Counted from the stretch's first letter, positions 7,845-19,293 are shown. The stretch is DNA of 64,000 nt from Desulfuromonadales bacterium (GCA_029210745.1 JARGFI010000008.1:4187-68186), one strand, 5' to 3'. Notes: generated by a model not told the origin, from the letters alone. Numbers and translations: made by a program.

Positions 7845-10022
7845 TTGTCAGTGAGGTATTGCGTGCAAACTGAAGAAAAAACAGCAAATTTTACGCGAGT
7901 CGCCAATCTGCTCAACACGCTTTTTCTGCTCGGCAAGCATTTGAGTCTTTACCACGAAGAGAACAAACTGGTGACGGCGACGACCGCTCGTCTGGAAATG
8001 ATTCTTGAAGAACTTTTTGCCGAGCTACCGCACATCAATATCGTCGTGGCGCGTCACGGTTTTCTCTTTGATGGTGAATTTATTCAGCGCAGCAACAAGC
8101 TGTTTGAGAAATTTGCCTTGCGGATGTTCGAACACGGTATCGCCACATTCTCCCTGACCCCCGAACTGAACGCGATGTCAATCTACGCTTTTCTGCGTAT
8201 TGTCATTCGCCGCCCTTCTGAAACCTGGGACGAGGGGGGGATTGCCACCAGCCTGGCGGTTCGTCAGGTGGTTGGCATTACGGTCGAAGAGATGGACGAG
8301 GATAAATTCATCCTTACCGAACAGGGGGACGACGCAGGAAAACTTCAAGGCGGCAAGTCAGATATCTGGGATCGTTTCGCCCTGTCAATCGCGCATGCCT
8401 GTGGAGAAGATGTCGCCAAAACGTTGCACGAGACGGACTCGCCCGGAAGTTTTGCAGCAGCTGTTTCCGACTTGATGGCGGGCAAAAGTGCCGAAGAGAA
8501 GAGCGCCCTTGCCAGGGAACTGAGTCGCTTGCTAAGTAGTTTGCAGCACGAAAAAATCACCATGTATCGTGCCCAGGCGCTGGAAAAATTGACGGAGTTC
8601 GTTAACAACCTGTCGGTTGAGTTGCGGGAAATGTTCATGAACAATGCCTTTAACCTGGGGTTGAAGGCCGATTATGCGGAAGGCTTTTTCTCTGAATTAT
8701 CGGACGAGGTGATCCTTGAGGCACTCAAAAATGTCTCGTTGCAGAAAAATTATGTGCCGCCGGTCATTATGTCGTTGTTGAGCAAGCTGGCCGGAGAGCG
8801 TAACCTGGACATGCCTGCGGGACTGTCCAGGCCACAAGCCAATGACGTCAGCACCACCCGCAAAATCCAGGAGCTGTTTCGTCCGGATGAATTTAAAAAA
8901 TATGTTCCGTCCCGCTATCAGCGGGCGCTGATGACCGTCCTGCAAAGCGAGACTACCCCCGTCGCGCTCAATGAACATCTTGATGCGCTGCGACATACCC
9001 TGGAAACACACGGGGTTGATGAACACGCTGCGGAAATCACCCTGCATATTCTTAAACATAGTCCGGACGCTGAACATTTGCGCGGTGTGCGCGCGAGCTT
9101 GCTCAGTTCGATTGAGCATTATCTCGATGTGGGGGACTACGCGAATCTGGCCAGATTGTGCCGACTCTGTTTCGAGTCTCACGAGGAGACTGAACACCTG
9201 GCAGAGATTCGGCAGGAGTTGTCGGGCGAAAAATTTATTCAGCGCCTGTTGCGCGATGCCCGAATCCGCGGTAAGCAGGATTTTGACGCCATTGGCAAAG
9301 TCATTATCTGTGTTGGCAAGCCTTTTATTGCGCCGTTGCTGGAACGAGTGGGCGATGAGTCGAACCGCAACGTGCGCCTGTTCTACCTGAGTTGTCTGAA
9401 AAAACTGGGTCGCGATGTGATCGTCGCGGCGACGGAACGATTACAGGATGAACGCTGGTTCGTGGTGCGCAACATCATCTATCTGCTGAACGAGATGGAC
9501 GCCCAGGTGGTGTTGCCCAAATTGCGTCCGCTGCTCAAAAATCCGCATCCGAAAGTGCGACAAGAAGCGTTGAAGGCGTGTATCCGCATGAAGGACAAAT
9601 CGGCGGACGACATCCTCATCAAGGGACTTGAGTCGCGGAATGATGAAGATGTGCTCAGTGCGATCATGTTGGCACCTTTTGCGGAAAGTCGGCGGGTGGT
9701 CAGGAAGTTGATTGAATTGCTGAGCAAAAAAGCGCTGATCGATTATCGTCTCGAACTCAAGAAAAACGTCGTCAGGACGTTGGCCGCAATGCAGGCGGTC
9801 GCCGTGCTGCCAACTTTTCATGAGATTCTCTCTTCGCGCAGCCTGTTGCATCCGCTTTGTCATGCGGAACTCAAACTGGAGATCGTTAACGCGCTGGACA
9901 AGTTTCCCCCCGACAAGGTCAAGGGGTTGTTGCAGGAGCAGGCGGACAGCGGTACTGGACGGTTGGCAGAACAGGCAAGAAATGCGCTGGCGAGGATGAA
10001 AGGAACGCTCTATGACGGATGA
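7845..10022 (+). CDS. HEAT-repeat protein with an N-terminal domain shared with the downstream HD-GYP protein
   Basis: 725 aa. The C-terminal third carries HEAT/PBS-lyase-like repeats (NPHPKVRQEALKAC, ERWFVVRNIIYLL). The start is TTG and uncertain. Confidence 0.7.
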   Translation: MSVRYCVQTEEKTANFTRVANLLNTLFLLGKHLSLYHEENKLVTATTARLEMILEELFAELPHINIVVARHGFLFDGEFIQRSNKLFEKFALRMFEHGIATFSLTPELNAMSIYAFLRIVIRRPSETWDEGGIATSLAVRQVVGITVEEMDEDKFILTEQGDDAGKLQGGKSDIWDRFALSIAHACGEDVAKTLHETDSPGSFAAAVSDLMAGKSAEEKSALARELSRLLSSLQHEKITMYRAQALEKLTEFVNNLSVELREMFMNNAFNLGLKADYAEGFFSELSDEVILEALKNVSLQKNYVPPVIMSLLSKLAGERNLDMPAGLSRPQANDVSTTRKIQELFRPDEFKKYVPSRYQRALMTVLQSETTPVALNEHLDALRHTLETHGVDEHAAEITLHILKHSPDAEHLRGVRASLLSSIEHYLDVGDYANLARLCRLCFESHEETEHLAEIRQELSGEKFIQRLLRDARIRGKQDFDAIGKVIICVGKPFIAPLLERVGDESNRNVRLFYLSCLKKLGRDVIVAATERLQDERWFVVRNIIYLLNEMDAQVVLPKLRPLLKNPHPKVRQEALKACIRMKDKSADDILIKGLESRNDEDVLSAIMLAPFAESRRVVRKLIELLSKKALIDYRLELKKNVVRTLAAMQAVAVLPTFHEILSSRSLLHPLCHAELKLEIVNALDKFPPDKVKGLLQEQADSGTGRLAEQARNALARMKGTLYDG

Positions 10023-11223
10023 TATCGAACGGCATCAGCTCAGCGCAGTGCTCACATCGTTGTCCCATGCGCTGGCTGCCGGGGCGCTCTACGCGCCAGA
10101 ACACCCGCGTGTGACGGCGCAAATTCCACGTCTTGCCGATAGTTTGGTCACCCTGCTGCAACAGCGCGACGAAGTCACGCTGCTGATTGTCAAAGAGGAA
10201 CTGCTTTACCAGGGTAAGCCACTGGAAAAATCCCAGCACACAACGCGCATTGCCCGGATCTGCGGTGCGAAAAACATCGGTTTCCTGCGCTTTTCAGCGG
10301 GGATCGATAACGCCGAAATTGCCTTGCTGCTCAGGGTCGTGCTCGGGCTTGATGCGCTGGAAGCCTTGCAGAACAATGCTCAACATATCGAGATCGGCGA
10401 TGTCGACGTAGCCCCGGGGGAGGTGGCAACGGAGAGTCGGGCGATCGGCTCATTTGAGGATTTGAGCGCGGAAGAACTGCAAAACCTCAAAGCGTTTTAC
10501 CAGTCCGCCAGGGAGAAGGCACCGCTTGACACGCAGGATATGGCGTCAATTATTGCCGGTTTCATCACCGCCTTTCGCCGTGAGGCCAATCCGTTGCTGG
10601 CCCTGGTCCCGTTGCGCATGGAAGATGAGTACACCTTTACCCATTCGGTCAATGTTGGTATCCTCAATGTCGCGCAGGGGATGTCGCTGGGGTTTTCCGG
10701 ACAAATGCTGCACGACGTTGGCATCGCCGGAATGGTGCATGACGTCGGCAAAATCTTTGTCGACAACGAGATTATCCGCAAACCGGGTGCCCTGAGCGAC
10801 GCCGATTGGGAAAAGATGAAAGCCCACCCGTCGCGCGGTGCCCAGTATCTGATGAATCAGGAGGGGATCCCGAAGGTAGCGGTCTTCTCGGCCTTCGAGC
10901 ATCATATGCGTTACGATCTCGGTGGTTACCCCGAGGTGCCGAAGAATTGGCGATTAAATGTGTGCAGTCAGATGACGATGATTTCAGATACGTTCGATGC
11001 CTTGCGCACCCGTCGGGCCTATAAAGAGCCGTGGGATTTTGCCAAAATCAGCGGGCGGATGCTGGAGGTGGCGGGAACCCAGCTCAATCCCCATCTGACT
11101 TTAAACTTTTTGAAAACATTGGCAAAAATGGGTGAAGATGTGGTCGTCGAGGGGATCAGTCTGATGGCCGGGGCGGAGGATCGTCCTGAAAGCGAATTCA
11201 CCGGACGTTGTGTCTGTGAATAG
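10012..11223 (+). CDS. HD-GYP domain cyclic-di-GMP phosphodiesterase
   Basis: HDVGK and HHMRYDLGGYP motifs. It overlaps the upstream ORF by 11 nt. Confidence 0.85.
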   Translation: MTDDIERHQLSAVLTSLSHALAAGALYAPEHPRVTAQIPRLADSLVTLLQQRDEVTLLIVKEELLYQGKPLEKSQHTTRIARICGAKNIGFLRFSAGIDNAEIALLLRVVLGLDALEALQNNAQHIEIGDVDVAPGEVATESRAIGSFEDLSAEELQNLKAFYQSAREKAPLDTQDMASIIAGFITAFRREANPLLALVPLRMEDEYTFTHSVNVGILNVAQGMSLGFSGQMLHDVGIAGMVHDVGKIFVDNEIIRKPGALSDADWEKMKAHPSRGAQYLMNQEGIPKVAVFSAFEHHMRYDLGGYPEVPKNWRLNVCSQMTMISDTFDALRTRRAYKEPWDFAKISGRMLEVAGTQLNPHLTLNFLKTLAKMGEDVVVEGISLMAGAEDRPESEFTGRCVCE

Positions 11224-11241
11224 TTGAGGCAGAGATGACCG

Positions 11242-12078
11242 GTGGATGAAATTCAACTGATTGTCAACGCGGATGATCTGGGCAACGGGCAGCGTCGCGA
11301 TCGCGGCATCTTTCGTGCCTGCACCGCAGGAATCGTTACCAGTGTTTCATTGCTCGCCAATGGACCGACTTTTGTCGCTGCGGCGCGGGAATCCCTCACG
11401 CTGGGATTGCCGCTGGGGGTTCATCTCAACCTTTCCGAGGGGCGAGCGCTGGGGGGCGCGATTGCTGGATTGACCGATGCCGCCGGTAATTTTCCGGGGA
11501 AACAGATGCTGCGAAGGCGCTTGGCGAGCGGGGATTTTGACCGCGCCGCCGTCCGCCATGAATTACTCAGCCAGATTGCCCGTGTGCGTGATGCGGGGTT
11601 GCACCCCGATCATCTTGATACTCACCAGCACTGTTTCCTCTGCCCGGCCCTGACCGGGATCATCGTCGCGGTTGCGCGCGAGACCGCTATTACCGCGCTG
11701 CGCCTGCCGGTTCCGGCGGAGCCGGTCGAGACCGACCCTGACGGGCAACTCGGCGCTGACCTGGCGTCCTACCGGCGGCTGGCTGCCGGACTGGCGGCGC
11801 TGCGAAGGGAGCCGGACCTTTATTTTCCGGATGGTTTGTGGGGGATGCCGTTGCTCAATCGTCTCACTGCACAGCGTCTGGAAACGTTGCTGACCCAGTT
11901 GCCTGGCGGAACCTGGGAGCTGATGACTCACCCCGGCTACCGTGCCGATGACGAGCCTTTTTCCGGCCCGGCGCGGGAGCGCGAGTTGGCGGCGTTGACT
12001 GCGCCGACGATCCGTGCATTAATTGCGACACGGGGGATCAAGCTGACCACTTTCGGAGCCTGCCGATGCACCTGCTGA
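11242..12078 (+). CDS. YdjC/ChbG-family carbohydrate deacetylase
   Basis: LIVNADDLG, GIVTSVSLLANG, HLDTHQH and MTHPGY match the ChbG/YdjC pattern. GTG start. Confidence 0.8.
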   Translation: MDEIQLIVNADDLGNGQRRDRGIFRACTAGIVTSVSLLANGPTFVAAARESLTLGLPLGVHLNLSEGRALGGAIAGLTDAAGNFPGKQMLRRRLASGDFDRAAVRHELLSQIARVRDAGLHPDHLDTHQHCFLCPALTGIIVAVARETAITALRLPVPAEPVETDPDGQLGADLASYRRLAAGLAALRREPDLYFPDGLWGMPLLNRLTAQRLETLLTQLPGGTWELMTHPGYRADDEPFSGPARERELAALTAPTIRALIATRGIKLTTFGACRCTC

Positions 12079-13070
12079 TTGTCGTTCCTCCACAAGTGCG
12101 CACAACGGGCAACCGGGTCACTGCAAAACGGTTAAGCGCGGGGGTGAAGGCTCTTGGCCACATGGTGACAATTGTCCCGGCTGAACCGGCCGCAATAAGC
12201 GTGGCACTGGAGCGTGGCGTCGATCTTGCGCTGCTGCTCCATGCCTATCGTTCCGGTCAGCCGTGGCTGGAATCGGGGGCGACACTGCCCTATCTGGTGC
12301 TGTTAACCGGGACCGACTATCATGATGGACTGAGGCACCCGCTGCATGAGCCGGTGATCAGGGACGTGTTGCGGCGGGCCGAGCTGATCGTCATCAAGAA
12401 TCAACGTGACCTCCAATCGCTGGCGCAAGATCATCCTGAATGCGCCCGGCGACTGCGTTATGTGGCACCAGGGGTGGTGTTGGGTGATGCTCCCTGTGCA
12501 TTACGTGACCAGCTCGGTTTGTCGGCGCCGGACCTCCTGTTGCTCTGCCCGGCCGGGATTCGTCCCGTCAAGGGGGTGCTCACATTGCTTGAGCTCTGTG
12601 ACCCGGTTGCATATCGTCGTGCATTCCATGTTGCGTTTTGTGGGCCGATCCTCGATAAAGGGTATGGCGAACAGTTTCTTGCCGCCGTGGCGGCGCGCCA
12701 TTGGGCGCACTATGTCGGCAAGCTGCCCCCCGCAGCCATCCCCGCGGCAATGCGCCAGGCCGATGTGGTGCTCAACAATTCTGTCAGTGAGGGGCTGCCG
12801 AACGCGCTGGTCGAAGCGGCGGCTCTGGGCCGCCCGATTCTGGCGCACGCTATTTCAGGGAACGCCGCAGTCGTCACAGAGGGTGTCAACGGCATGCTTT
12901 ATCGTGACGCAACAGAATTTACCGCCGCCGTCATACGCCTGATTGACGAACCGGCGTTGCGGGCGCGCTTGTCACAACCGAACCCGGAACGATTTTCCGC
13001 AAAGCGCGAAGCGCAAGCGTTTGCCGAGCTATGCATGACTGTGCTTGAAGAGCATCAACTGAATAAATGA
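12066..13070 (+). CDS. Glycosyltransferase family 1 (GT4-like)
   Basis: The C-terminal SEGLPNALVEAAALGRPILA....VTEGVNG is the E-x7-E GT-B motif. It overlaps ydjC-like by 13 nt. Confidence 0.8.
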   Translation: MHLLIVVPPQVRTTGNRVTAKRLSAGVKALGHMVTIVPAEPAAISVALERGVDLALLLHAYRSGQPWLESGATLPYLVLLTGTDYHDGLRHPLHEPVIRDVLRRAELIVIKNQRDLQSLAQDHPECARRLRYVAPGVVLGDAPCALRDQLGLSAPDLLLLCPAGIRPVKGVLTLLELCDPVAYRRAFHVAFCGPILDKGYGEQFLAAVAARHWAHYVGKLPPAAIPAAMRQADVVLNNSVSEGLPNALVEAAALGRPILAHAISGNAAVVTEGVNGMLYRDATEFTAAVIRLIDEPALRARLSQPNPERFSAKREAQAFAELCMTVLEEHQLNK

Positions 13071-13076
13071 GAGGCG

Positions 13077-14282
13077 ATGAAGATGAACGAAGAACCGCAA
13101 GATGTGGATGAAAACACCGAAGATGAAGATTTTGCGGCGCTGTTTGCCGCGAGTCTGGCCACCGGCACCGCCCGGCTTGAGCCGGGGCAAAAGATTGCGG
13201 CGACGGTGTTGCAGATCGGTGCTGAGTGGGTTTTTCTCGATGTTGGGCAGAAAGGCGAGGGGATCATTGCCGCCAGTGAATTGCTCAATACTGATGGCGA
13301 GATGACGGTCGCCGTTGGCGACCCGCTGAATGCCTACTTCGTCACCCGGAAGGACGGTGAGTTGCGTTTTACCTTGCGGCTGGGGGGCGGGTCTTCCGGC
13401 ACCGAGCAACTGGAGGACGCCTGGCGCAGCGGGGTTCCGGTTGAAGGACGGATCGAAGAAGAGATTAAAGGGGGCTTCGCTGTGCGTCTTCCGGGGGCGG
13501 TGCGCGCTTTCTGTCCTTTTTCGCAACTTGGTTTGCGACGCGAGGAAAATGTTGCCGAGCTCATCGGCAGTACACTGACCTTTAAAATCACGCAGTTCGG
13601 TGAACAGGGGCGCAATATTGTGGTGTCACATCGCGCCATTCTGGAAGAAGAACGGCGGGCACAGCGTGAAGTTTTGCGCGCGACCTTGAAAGAGGGGATG
13701 GTGGTCAGCGGGACAGTCACCAACATCCGCGAGTTTGGCGCATTTATCGATATCGGCGGGATCGAGGGCCTGTTACCGATTTCAGAAATCGGTTACGGAC
13801 GGGTCGAGAATATCAATGAAGTGCTGCACGTTGGTCAGGAATTGCAGGTCGCGCTCAAGAGCTGTGATTGGGAAAAGGAGCGCTTTGCCTTCAGTTTGCG
13901 CGACACCCTGGCCGACCCCTGGCAAAAGGTCGGGACGATCTACCGTGAAGGATCGCAACTGACCGGAACGGTTTCCAGACTGACGCAGTTCGGAGCGTTT
14001 GTCACGCTGGAAGACGGTATTGACGGGCTGGTACACATTTCAAAGCTGGGCGGTGGACAACGGATTCGTCATCCGCAAGATGTCCTCAAGGTGGGACAAG
14101 CGCTGGCGGTGACGATTGAGAAGATTGATCTGGCTGAACGACGGATCGCGCTGATTCCGACAGCCACGGATGTTGCAGTATCCGCTGAGACGTCGTGGAC
14201 AGAGCAAGCGGGCGGCGGTTCAGGGCTCGGTTCTTTGGGGGATCTGTTGCAGGCGGCGCAGAAAGAAAAGAAAATAAAATAA
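13077..14282 (+). CDS. S1 RNA-binding domain protein (four S1 repeats)
   Basis: Repeated G.V..I..FGAF(V/I)D..G..GL.HIS blocks with an acidic N-terminus. Confidence 0.8.
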   Translation: MKMNEEPQDVDENTEDEDFAALFAASLATGTARLEPGQKIAATVLQIGAEWVFLDVGQKGEGIIAASELLNTDGEMTVAVGDPLNAYFVTRKDGELRFTLRLGGGSSGTEQLEDAWRSGVPVEGRIEEEIKGGFAVRLPGAVRAFCPFSQLGLRREENVAELIGSTLTFKITQFGEQGRNIVVSHRAILEEERRAQREVLRATLKEGMVVSGTVTNIREFGAFIDIGGIEGLLPISEIGYGRVENINEVLHVGQELQVALKSCDWEKERFAFSLRDTLADPWQKVGTIYREGSQLTGTVSRLTQFGAFVTLEDGIDGLVHISKLGGGQRIRHPQDVLKVGQALAVTIEKIDLAERRIALIPTATDVAVSAETSWTEQAGGGSGLGSLGDLLQAAQKEKKIK

Positions 14283-14504
14283 AGCACTGAATATTCTTTC
14301 ACCAATCGTCCAATCTGACGAGATTGTCATACTAACATGTCAATATTGTTAAGGTGGTGTGTTGATGCACAGGGCTGGAAGGGGGTCATGGGGTCAATCT
14401 TTTACGCGTCGCCACGTTTTAATTCTTGTCGCTTCAAGGTAGAGTCACAACCATCAAGAGCCTGAACGGGCCTGATACCTCCTTCATTTCAGTTCAAACA
14501 GATA

Positions 14505-14540
14505 AAGCCGATTCGGGGCCGCCTTCCCCCGAATCGGCTT
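14505..14540. terminator. Bidirectional hairpin terminator (slyD, possibly also the S1 gene)
   Basis: aagccgattcgggg pairs with ccccgaatcggctt. It is followed by ttttctg on the plus strand and tttatctgttt on the minus strand. Confidence 0.6.
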
Positions 14541-14582
14541 TTCTGCGTTGTGGCGTCCAGACCAATCTTTTACTGTGCCGGA

Positions 14583-15071
14583 TCAGTGGACGGTGTTTAT
14601 GATGTCGATCAGTTCAACCTCAAAAGTCAGGGTTTCGCCGGCGAGGGGGTGGTTGGCATCGAGGGTCACTGTCTTGTCGTCAAGCTCAATGACGGTTGCC
14701 ACAAAGCTGTCGCCGTCCTCGTCGTTCAACTCAAGGTCCATATCGACGGCCGGGACCAGATCGTCAGGGAACTGATCACGTTCCAGGGTAAGAATATTCT
14801 CTTCGTCGTACTCGCCGAAAGCCTCTTCCGGCGGAACAATGATCGTCTTTTTTTCTCCCGGAGCCATGCCGATCACCCCCTGCTCAACGAAAATAAAAAA
14901 TTCTTCTTCGCCGATGGTTATCTCCATCGGTCCTGTTTCGCAACCGCAGTCGTCATCGATGCAGTCATCCCCTGAGCAGTTGTCCGCGTAGGTGGTGTCA
15001 AAAATAGTTCCGTCTTCCAGGGTGCCGGTAAAGTTGATACGTACCCGATCTCCCGTTTTTGCTGTTGCCAT
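14583..15071 (-). CDS. slyD: FKBP-type peptidyl-prolyl isomerase, SlyD-like, with a Cys-rich insertion
   Basis: GDRVRINFTGTLEDGTIFD and VTLDANHPLAGETLTFEVELI are typical of short SlyD/FKBP proteins with an IF domain. Confidence 0.85.
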   Translation of the reverse strand: MATAKTGDRVRINFTGTLEDGTIFDTTYADNCSGDDCIDDDCGCETGPMEITIGEEEFFIFVEQGVIGMAPGEKKTIIVPPEEAFGEYDEENILTLERDQFPDDLVPAVDMDLELNDEDGDSFVATVIELDDKTVTLDANHPLAGETLTFEVELIDIINTVH

Positions 15072-15262
15072 GATTTAATCCTTCCACTGTCGATGTGATG
15101 ATATTTGGTTATCGCGCTCATAGTACGAGGCGTAGCGCGCCAAGTCCATAAAAAACCACATATTCTATCTGGCCGTTGGCAAAAAGACTGGCACTAATGG
15201 CAATAGTTTGTTACTTTTCTTCGATGCAAGGTGCAATTGAAATTACCTCACAGGAGGATGGC

Positions 15263-17719
15263 ATGCAGTTGACCGTTTTTCAAAGAATGACCTGGTTTTG
15301 TTTGCTGATGATCGGGTTGTCGGCCAATGCCTTTGCCGCGCCGGAAATAACCACAGTCGCAGTCAGTGCAGTACCGGAACCGACCGCAGCCAGTGCAGTT
15401 CCAGAACCGACAGCAGCCAGTGCAGTGCCGGAACCAGCTCCAGTCAGTGCAGTGCCGGAACCGGTGCCAGCCAGCACTTCTTTGTCGTTGCTCCCCGCTG
15501 CAGAGGAGTTTGAGCGACTTTTTTTAGCAGCACAGCAGCAGGCTGATCTGATCGTTACCCCCGATGGTCAGGGGGACACAAAGACGTTGACAGATGCCTT
15601 GACGGCGGTGCCACGCAACGGCTTGATCGCTATCGGTCCCGGCGAATATTTTTTTCCTGAGACGTTGCGGCTGACCAAGGCGGTCACGCTGGTCGGTGCC
15701 GGTCCGGGGAAGACGATTCTGCGTTTCGGAGGCGATGATCACGGTTTGCGCATTCCCGGGGTGGGTGAGGTTGAACTGAGCGGATTGGAAATCAGCTCCG
15801 CCACGGCGCAGAAAAAATCACTGATGTATGCCTACAGTGGAGTGGTTGTACGGATTAATGGCTGCCGCATCGGCGCAGCGTCGGGGGGTGCCAATATCGA
15901 AATCAATCGTTCCACCTTCGAAATTGCTCATTCAGAAATTCATGGTGCCGCTGAAGCAGGTATTCTGGTGCGGACCTTTGGTCAACTGGTTCTTGACTCG
16001 ACCTTGCTGCATAACAACACCCTGGCCGGGGTTCTGGTGATGAAGGGTGGCGTGGCGACGGTGACCCGGAGTGAGCTGCAAAACAATGCGGGGAGCGGGG
16101 TGCTGGTTACCGAATCCGGTGAGGTGACGTTGCGTGAGAATACCTTTGTTGGTAATGGCTTCGGTGTTGCCGTCGGCACGGGAAGCCGGGCACTCATTAC
16201 CGGCAATGAATTCAGTACGAATACCGAGGGCGGACTGCTGGTGCGCGATGCCGGTGTCGCCGACATTCGTGAAAACCGGATTTTTGCCAACCCGGTGGGT
16301 GTTAAAGTGGTGAGCGCAGGCACCCCCCTGGTGGAAAATAACCAACTGTACAAGAATACCCGCAGCGGTATTCTCGTTGCCGAGGGCGGACGGGGAACGT
16401 TTCGCACCAATGTCATTTATGCGAACCAGGTTGCCGGGGTGGAAGCGACGGCTGGCGGTCATCCTGAGGTCATTGCCAACGAAATCCGCGACAATGTCGA
16501 AGTCGGCATTTTTGTTCACAACGAGGGGCGGGGAGTGTTCACTGAAAATAAAATTTTTGCCAATAAAAACGGGTTCGTTATTGAATCCGGCGGGCACCCC
16601 GAGGCGACGGGGAATTTGCTTTACACCAACCTGCGGAGCGGTCTCTTTGCGACGCATGAAGGAGCGGGGGTGTTTCGCGAGAACCGGTTCTATGAAAACG
16701 GCATATCCGGAGTAGAAATTATGGCGGGGGGCGACCCCGAAATGACCGCTTGTGAAATTTATGCCAATGGCCGCAACGGTGTGTTGATCACTGATGGTGG
16801 TCGGGGCCGGTTGAGTGCCAATCATATCTACAAAAACCTGCTCTCCGGCATCGACATTGGTCCGGAAAGCCAGCCCGAAATCAGCGGGAACGAGATTGAC
16901 GCGAATGCTCAAAATGGCCTTTTTGTGCATGGTGGTGGCAAGGGCACGATCCAGGAAAATCGCATTCACGACAACCCTTTTTCGGGCATAGAAATCAGTT
17001 CTGATGCGGCCCCGGAGGTTGTTCAAAACGAGATTTATGACAACGGTCAAAGTGGCGTTTTTGTGCATAGTGGCGGCAAGGGGGGTTTGCGCGAAAATCG
17101 TTTGCACGATAATTTCTTGTCCGGGGTGGAAGTTACCAACGACGCCTATCCGGAAATCATCGAGAACGAAATTTTCGCTAATGTGCAAAACGGTATCTAC
17201 ATCCACGGAAATGGCAAGGGGCTGATCCGCGGCAACCGTATTTACGAAAACAAACTATCCGGGCTGGAGCTGATGACGGAAGGTTTTCTGGAGGTCGCCG
17301 CCAATGACGTTTATGCGAACACCCAGAACGGAATCTTTATCCATGGACGTAGCCGTGGAACGTTGCGCGGCAACCGTTTGCATAACAATCCCCTCTCCGG
17401 GCTGGAGATTGGCGACGGGGCGAATCCTGAGGTCGAAGATAATGAAATTTACGCCAATGGTCAAAGTGGCGTTTTTATTCATGATGGTGGACGCGGGATA
17501 TTGCTTGCCAACCGGATCCACGACAATATCCTTTCCGGAATCGAGGTCACGAGCGGCGCGCATCCTGATGTTGAGAAGAACACGATCAGCAAAAATTTGC
17601 AAAATGGTCTCTACATACATGCAGCGGGCGCTGGTGTTTATCGGCAGAACATGATCAGTGAGAACGGTTTTGAAGCCATCAGGGTGGAGGATTCGACGCC
17701 GACGATTATTGCTGAATAG
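15263..17719 (+). CDS. Secreted right-handed parallel beta-helix (PbH1/NosD-like) repeat protein
   Basis: Signal peptide MQLTVFQRMTWFCLLMIGLSANAFA and a Pro-rich linker, followed by more than 12 tandem units of about 46 aa (N.I..N...G(I/V)...G.G....N.I..N..SG(I/L)E......P.(V/I)..). Confidence 0.8.
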   Translation: MQLTVFQRMTWFCLLMIGLSANAFAAPEITTVAVSAVPEPTAASAVPEPTAASAVPEPAPVSAVPEPVPASTSLSLLPAAEEFERLFLAAQQQADLIVTPDGQGDTKTLTDALTAVPRNGLIAIGPGEYFFPETLRLTKAVTLVGAGPGKTILRFGGDDHGLRIPGVGEVELSGLEISSATAQKKSLMYAYSGVVVRINGCRIGAASGGANIEINRSTFEIAHSEIHGAAEAGILVRTFGQLVLDSTLLHNNTLAGVLVMKGGVATVTRSELQNNAGSGVLVTESGEVTLRENTFVGNGFGVAVGTGSRALITGNEFSTNTEGGLLVRDAGVADIRENRIFANPVGVKVVSAGTPLVENNQLYKNTRSGILVAEGGRGTFRTNVIYANQVAGVEATAGGHPEVIANEIRDNVEVGIFVHNEGRGVFTENKIFANKNGFVIESGGHPEATGNLLYTNLRSGLFATHEGAGVFRENRFYENGISGVEIMAGGDPEMTACEIYANGRNGVLITDGGRGRLSANHIYKNLLSGIDIGPESQPEISGNEIDANAQNGLFVHGGGKGTIQENRIHDNPFSGIEISSDAAPEVVQNEIYDNGQSGVFVHSGGKGGLRENRLHDNFLSGVEVTNDAYPEIIENEIFANVQNGIYIHGNGKGLIRGNRIYENKLSGLELMTEGFLEVAANDVYANTQNGIFIHGRSRGTLRGNRLHNNPLSGLEIGDGANPEVEDNEIYANGQSGVFIHDGGRGILLANRIHDNILSGIEVTSGAHPDVEKNTISKNLQNGLYIHAAGAGVYRQNMISENGFEAIRVEDSTPTIIAE
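15365..15472 (+). repeat. 4 x 27-nt tandem repeat encoding SAVPEP(T/A/V)xx
   Basis: agtgcagt(a/t/g)cc(g/a)gaacc... is read four times head to tail inside the beta-helix ORF. Confidence 0.85.
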
Positions 17720-17744
17720 CGCTTCGCCAGCCATTGCGTAATCA

Positions 17745-17783
17745 CAAGACAGGCACCCGTTACGGGTGCCTGTCTTGCTTTTT
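17745..17783 (+). terminator. Rho-independent terminator of the beta-helix gene
   Basis: A 14-bp stem, caagacaggcaccc pairing with gggtgcctgtcttg, followed by ctttttg. Confidence 0.8.
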
Positions 17784-17829
17784 GTGCGGGCGGACAGGGA
17801 GGGGGAAGTGTTCAGTGTAAAAAAAGTTC

Positions 17830-17858
17830 TTGACACGCAGAGCGGTTTAAATTAATTT
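17830..17858 (+). promoter_or_regulatory. Sigma70-type promoter candidate for gdhA
   Basis: TTGACA (17830-17835), 17-nt spacer, TAATTT (17853-17858). Confidence 0.4.
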
Positions 17859-17866
17859 GATCAAAA

Positions 17867-19293
<1,427 letters not shown>

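Noticed and set aside
15932-17206. 424-aa ORF antisense to the beta-helix gene
   Set aside because: The repeat periodicity of the sense gene keeps the antisense frame open. There is no signal of independent function.
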